The notes below the pieces were generated by a model, which saw only the letters and a program-made list of their open reading frames with translations, was not told the origin of the DNA and ran no database searches. Shown here piece by piece: positions 59,926 to 64,000 of a DNA stretch of 64,000 nucleotides. Source of the DNA: an uncultured bacterium. GTDB lineage: Bacteria; Fidelibacterota; Marinisomatia; Marinisomatales; UBA1611. The stretch spans positions 256,001 to 320,000 of the forward strand of contig CALSPG010000007.1 of NCBI GenBank assembly GCA_943788175.1, written 5' to 3'. The translations under genes and the position numbers were made by a program. Every line of letters starts with the position of its first letter. Position 1 is the first letter of the stretch.

Positions 59926-62438
59926 TTCTTTTTACGTCTTTTCTTTCGTGTCCTTTTTGGTGCAACTCTTTTTAAGTTAATTAACTCAACTGCTTCTTCT
60001 AAGGTGACTGTATTGGGGTCGTTATGAGATTTTAATGCAGCATTAAATTTTCCATCGGAAATATATGGTCCATAGCGACCTTCTTTTAACACTAGTTTTT
60101 CTCCAGTATCAGGATGGTTTCCAAGGGATTTAAGTTCGCTCGGGCCTTTTTTTGATTTGCTTAACATTTCGACTGCTTCTTCAAGAGTCACAGTCAATGG
60201 CGTTGCTGGTGCGATTAGTCTAGCATTTGACTTATCCATTTTTAAGTAAGGGCCATACCTTCCGTAATCTGCTGTTATTGGTATTTTCTTATCAGGATGG
60301 TCACCAAGTGTCCTTGGTAAAGATATTAGTTGTATAGCAAGGTCTAGATCAACAGAATGAATATCCGTTCCTTTGGGAATAGCCTTTCGTTTTGTTGATT
60401 CACCTAATTGAACATAGTGTCCATAAGGTCCTTTCTTTAATAAAATATCTTCAGTCGAATTAGGATCTTTTCCAAGAATTTCATCTTGTCTTTGTTCTTT
60501 AAAAAGTGAGTCAATAACTTCATCGGTAAGATCTCCAATATATATATCTTGAGGAATTGAACGCGTATCTTCTTCTTTACGAAGATATGGACCAAACTTT
60601 CCAATCCTAGCATCTATGTCTTTATCATATCCATCAGGAAGTGGGATAGTACATGCTTTACCAATATCTACTTTTTCTTCAAGCATTTTTTCAAGGCCTA
60701 AATAATCACTGTCTCCAAAATAAAAGTTTTTCATAAATGGAATGGGCTCTAGTTCACCTCTAGAAATAGCATCTAATTCGTTTTCCATTTTAGCCGTAAA
60801 ATTTTTATCTACTAATGTTGTAAAGTGGTTCTCTAAGAGTTGAGTAATTGCTAAGCCTAAATAAGTTGGAGACAGGTTACTTTTGGTCTTTTCAACATAT
60901 CCTCTTTTGACTATTGTATCTAAGATTGATGCAAAAGTGGATGGTCTTCCGATACCATTTGTTTCCATTTCTTTGATTAGAGATGCCTCAGTGAACCTAG
61001 CGGGAGGTTTTGTATTATGTTTTTGCGCTAAAATATTTAAACATGATAATTGATCATTCTTAGTTAGGTTTGGCAGAAGTTTTTCTTTGTTTGCTAGTTC
61101 TGCATCGGGATTGTCTTTTCCCTCTACGTATATCTTCATATAACCAGGAAAATCTATAATTTGGCCACTTGCTCTAAAATCTATTTTAGAATTTGAAATG
61201 ACCACAGCTGTTTGTTTTAGCTTCGCTGGGAGCATTTGACTCGCTATTGTTCTCTTCCAGATTAAATCATACAAACTGCCAGAGTCCTTACCAAGTTTCT
61301 TTTGGACAATTTCGACACTTTTAAATGACTTATGAGCTGGTCTGATTGCCTCGTGTGCTTCCTGAGCATTTTTGACATTAGTTTCATAATTGTTTGGAGA
61401 CTTAGGTAAATAATCATTTCCAAACAGTTTTGAAATTAAGTTTCTAGAACCGTTGATTGCTTCTTTTGAAAGATGGGTTGAGTCAGTTCTCATATAAGTG
61501 ATAAAACCGTTTTCGTATAATTGCTGAGCCACTCTCATAGTGTTTTTAGCAGAAAAGCGTAATTTTCTAGCAGCCTCTTGCTGAAGCGTGCTAGTCGTAA
61601 ATGGAGGTTTTGGGTTAGAAGTTCTAGGTTTTTCATCGACACTTTTAACGACCCAACTACCATCGCTTAATTTTGAGATAAGTGCTTTTGCATCTTTTTC
61701 ATTTAAAATAATCACATCTTTATTCTTTAATGAGCCGGTATCAGATTTAAAATCATTACTAGAAACTATTCTTTTACCATCTATTTTATTTAAAGTTGCT
61801 TCAAATAAAGATTTTGAATCATTTGTCTTTAGTTCAACTTTAAGGTCATAGTATTCTGTTTTTTTGTATTTTTGCCTCTTCCTATCTCTTTCAATTACTA
61901 TTTTTACGCAGGCTGATTGCACTCGACCTGCAGACAAGGTCGTATTCACAAAGTTCATGTTCTTTTGAAGTGTCGCCCACAATACTGGTGAGACTTTATA
62001 CCCAACTAAGCGGTCAATGATTCTTCGTGTCTTTTGAGCATTAATCATGTTGTGATCGAGTTTGCGACTATTATTCATACCCTCCTTAACGCCCGCTTTT
62101 GTAATTTCATTAAACTCAACGCGTTCTAATTTTTCACTAGGGACTTCGCTTGCTAGGTGTGATGCAATTGCTTCACCTTCACGATCAGGATCGCTAGCTA
62201 TGTATACTCTATCTGCAGAGTTGCTTTTTTTTCTTAATTCTTTAATAAAGTCTTTTCTTTTTGGCAATACATCCAGTGTCATTTCAAAATTATTTTCAAT
62301 ATCTATTCCAAGTTTACTTGTAGGGAGGTCTTTAACATGACCAACGCAGGCAACAACTTCGAACTGACCATCTAAGTACTGTTCTATTGTACGGGCTTTT
62401 GAAGGGGACTCTACAACTATTAGTGATTTTTTATTCAT
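59922..62438 (-). CDS. topA: DNA topoisomerase I with C-terminal Topo_C repeats
   Basis: IVESPSKA, DPDREGEAI, SAGRVQ, ITYMRTD, AHEAIRP; C-terminal GRYGPY repeats. Confidence 0.97.
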   Translation of the reverse strand: MNKKSLIVVESPSKARTIEQYLDGQFEVVACVGHVKDLPTSKLGIDIENNFEMTLDVLPKRKDFIKELRKKSNSADRVYIASDPDREGEAIASHLASEVPSEKLERVEFNEITKAGVKEGMNNSRKLDHNMINAQKTRRIIDRLVGYKVSPVLWATLQKNMNFVNTTLSAGRVQSACVKIVIERDRKRQKYKKTEYYDLKVELKTNDSKSLFEATLNKIDGKRIVSSNDFKSDTGSLKNKDVIILNEKDAKALISKLSDGSWVVKSVDEKPRTSNPKPPFTTSTLQQEAARKLRFSAKNTMRVAQQLYENGFITYMRTDSTHLSKEAINGSRNLISKLFGNDYLPKSPNNYETNVKNAQEAHEAIRPAHKSFKSVEIVQKKLGKDSGSLYDLIWKRTIASQMLPAKLKQTAVVISNSKIDFRASGQIIDFPGYMKIYVEGKDNPDAELANKEKLLPNLTKNDQLSCLNILAQKHNTKPPARFTEASLIKEMETNGIGRPSTFASILDTIVKRGYVEKTKSNLSPTYLGLAITQLLENHFTTLVDKNFTAKMENELDAISRGELEPIPFMKNFYFGDSDYLGLEKMLEEKVDIGKACTIPLPDGYDKDIDARIGKFGPYLRKEEDTRSIPQDIYIGDLTDEVIDSLFKEQRQDEILGKDPNSTEDILLKKGPYGHYVQLGESTKRKAIPKGTDIHSVDLDLAIQLISLPRTLGDHPDKKIPITADYGRYGPYLKMDKSNARLIAPATPLTVTLEEAVEMLSKSKKGPSELKSLGNHPDTGEKLVLKEGRYGPYISDGKFNAALKSHNDPNTVTLEEAVELINLKRVAPKRTRKKRRKKK

Positions 62439-62507
62439 TATATACTTTTTTAATACAGGTTGTTATTGTGATTAGCTCTTTATTGGCTCAAAATGTAAAG
62501 GAAAATA

Positions 62508-63767
62508 TTAAAATGTCAAACTTTTGAAATACGCAATTAGCTCACCTTGATTAATGGTATCTTGCTTTCCTTCATTTAAATTTTTTAACTGAACAGTTTT
62601 ATCTATGGCTTCTTGCTCCCCAACGATGATTGCGTAATTAGCATTTTTTTTATTTGCTTCTCGCATTTGTGCTTTCATACTTCTTCTTAAAGTCTCCAAT
62701 ATTACTTTTATATCTAATTCTCGCAAGTTTTTAGCGATTTGTTGTAAAGGACCTAAGGCGCTTAAATCTGTGCAAACAATATAAATGCATGCTACTTGTT
62801 TATCGGTTCTTTTCCTGCTATCAGTAGCAATGAGTATTCTTTCCATTCCAGCAGCAAACCCTACAGCGGGGACATCTTTTCCACCTAAGGATTTAATTAA
62901 ACCATCATACCGACCACCACCAAGAAGTGCATCTTGCGCGCCTATTTTTTTAGAAGATATTTCAAAAGTTGTTTGAGTGTAATAGTCTAATCCTCTTACA
63001 AGGAGAGGGTTAATTTTATATGGTATTTCTAAATCATCAAGGTATTGTTGTACTGTTAAAAAATAGGTTTCATCCTCTTTTGTATAAAAGTTTTCGATTT
63101 TTGGTGCTGATTCTATGATTTTTATTTCATCTTTATTTTTTGTATCTAGAATACGTAAAGGATTATGTTTAAGTCTATGTTGACTAACTTCTGATAGTTG
63201 CGGAATAAAAGGTTTTAGATAGTTTATAAGTTCTTGTTTATAATTAGTCCGGCAGTCGTCTGAACCAATACTTGATATATTTAATTCTAATTCATTTATC
63301 CCAAAATTATTAAGGATGTTCCAACCAATAGATATTACTTCAGCATCTTGTTCTGGATTATCACTACCAATTGCTTCGACTCCAAACTGATGAAACTGTC
63401 TTTGCCTTCCCTTTTGGGGCCTCTCTCTTCGAAAAGAAGGACCAATATAATACAATCTCTGTAACAAAGATTGTCCACCTAGGTTATGTTGCACGTAGGC
63501 TCGAACAACTGGTGCCGTCAATTCAGGTCTTAATGAAATAGTTGATTTATCTTTGTCTATCCATGAGTACATCTCTTTTGAAACAATATCTGTTTCTTCA
63601 CCAACTCCTCTATTAAATAATGCAGCATCTTCGATTATGGGAGTTCTAATCTCATCGTAGCCATGAAGATTCGCAGTCTTATGAATTTGGGTTTCTAAAT
63701 CCTGCCAGTCACCTGACTGTGCTGGTAAAATATCATGCGTTCCTTTTATAGTTCTGACCATCTTCAT
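62508..63767 (-). CDS. hisS: Histidine--tRNA ligase
   Basis: KGTHD, LRPELTA, FRRERPQKGRQRQFHQ, LVRGLDYY, GGGRYDGL, GFAAGMER. Confidence 0.97.
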   Translation of the reverse strand: MKMVRTIKGTHDILPAQSGDWQDLETQIHKTANLHGYDEIRTPIIEDAALFNRGVGEETDIVSKEMYSWIDKDKSTISLRPELTAPVVRAYVQHNLGGQSLLQRLYYIGPSFRRERPQKGRQRQFHQFGVEAIGSDNPEQDAEVISIGWNILNNFGINELELNISSIGSDDCRTNYKQELINYLKPFIPQLSEVSQHRLKHNPLRILDTKNKDEIKIIESAPKIENFYTKEDETYFLTVQQYLDDLEIPYKINPLLVRGLDYYTQTTFEISSKKIGAQDALLGGGRYDGLIKSLGGKDVPAVGFAAGMERILIATDSRKRTDKQVACIYIVCTDLSALGPLQQIAKNLRELDIKVILETLRRSMKAQMREANKKNANYAIIVGEQEAIDKTVQLKNLNEGKQDTINQGELIAYFKSLTF

Positions 63768-63768
63768 T

Positions 63769-63999
63769 TTATTTTCCATAAATATTTTCAAATAAATGAG
63801 CCGCTTGTTCCTCAAAGTTTTCAGGCACAAATATTCTCACAATATTGTTTACTAATTCAGTGCCGCCAGTGTTTAAAGCCGCACTGCTCCAATCATTTTT
63901 TGCGTAATGAGGTATTTCTTCTTTATTTAAAATTTCAATAATCATTTCTGCGTATATGCTACCATGTATTGGTTTTAATGGAACCCAAGTCATTTCAGG
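63769..63999 (-). CDS. DUF2007-like putative signal-transducing protein, probably 5' partial
   Basis: AEMIIEILNKEEIP...VRIFVPENFEEQA; frame stays open to the window edge (PE before ATG63993). Confidence 0.6.
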   Translation of the reverse strand, partial: PEMTWVPLKPIHGSIYAEMIIEILNKEEIPHYAKNDWSSAALNTGGTELVNNIVRIFVPENFEEQAAHLFENIYGK

Positions 64000-64000
64000 A

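Overview
AT-rich (roughly 30% GC by eye), gene-dense bacterial chromosome segment. Type IX/FlgD-type C-terminal sorting tails, a dimeric-type glycyl-tRNA synthetase, an ECF-FecR-TonB cassette and very short intergenic spacers suggest a streamlined FCB-superphylum genome, probably Marinimicrobia/SAR406-like (inference). It holds about 57 coding regions, two tRNAs (Ile2/Met-CAT, Lys-TTT) and tmRNA. Most genes are housekeeping: dnaG, gpmA, rlmB, greA, queCEDF, argS, rsfS, mnmA, iscS-like, rlmN, ggt, glyQS, topA, hisS. No CRISPR array, rRNA or intact mobile element was seen. Highlights: (1) a cell-surface operon at 33.2-42.7 kb in which a cohesin-like lipoprotein is coupled to a 2140-aa secreted Ig-repeat/LamG protein carrying a dockerin-like motif; (2) a di-heme c-type cytochrome lipoprotein hidden by three frameshifts in an island remnant next to tRNA-Lys; (3) a four-gene amino-acid catabolic operon of unknown substrate; (4) a class IV PLP enzyme with a relocated lysine, coupled to a sulfotransferase-fold protein; (5) several probable ATT/ATA start codons; (6) six homopolymer frameshifts confined to the first 20 kb, possibly sequencing errors. 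All family assignments come from reading motifs by eye; no database search was run.
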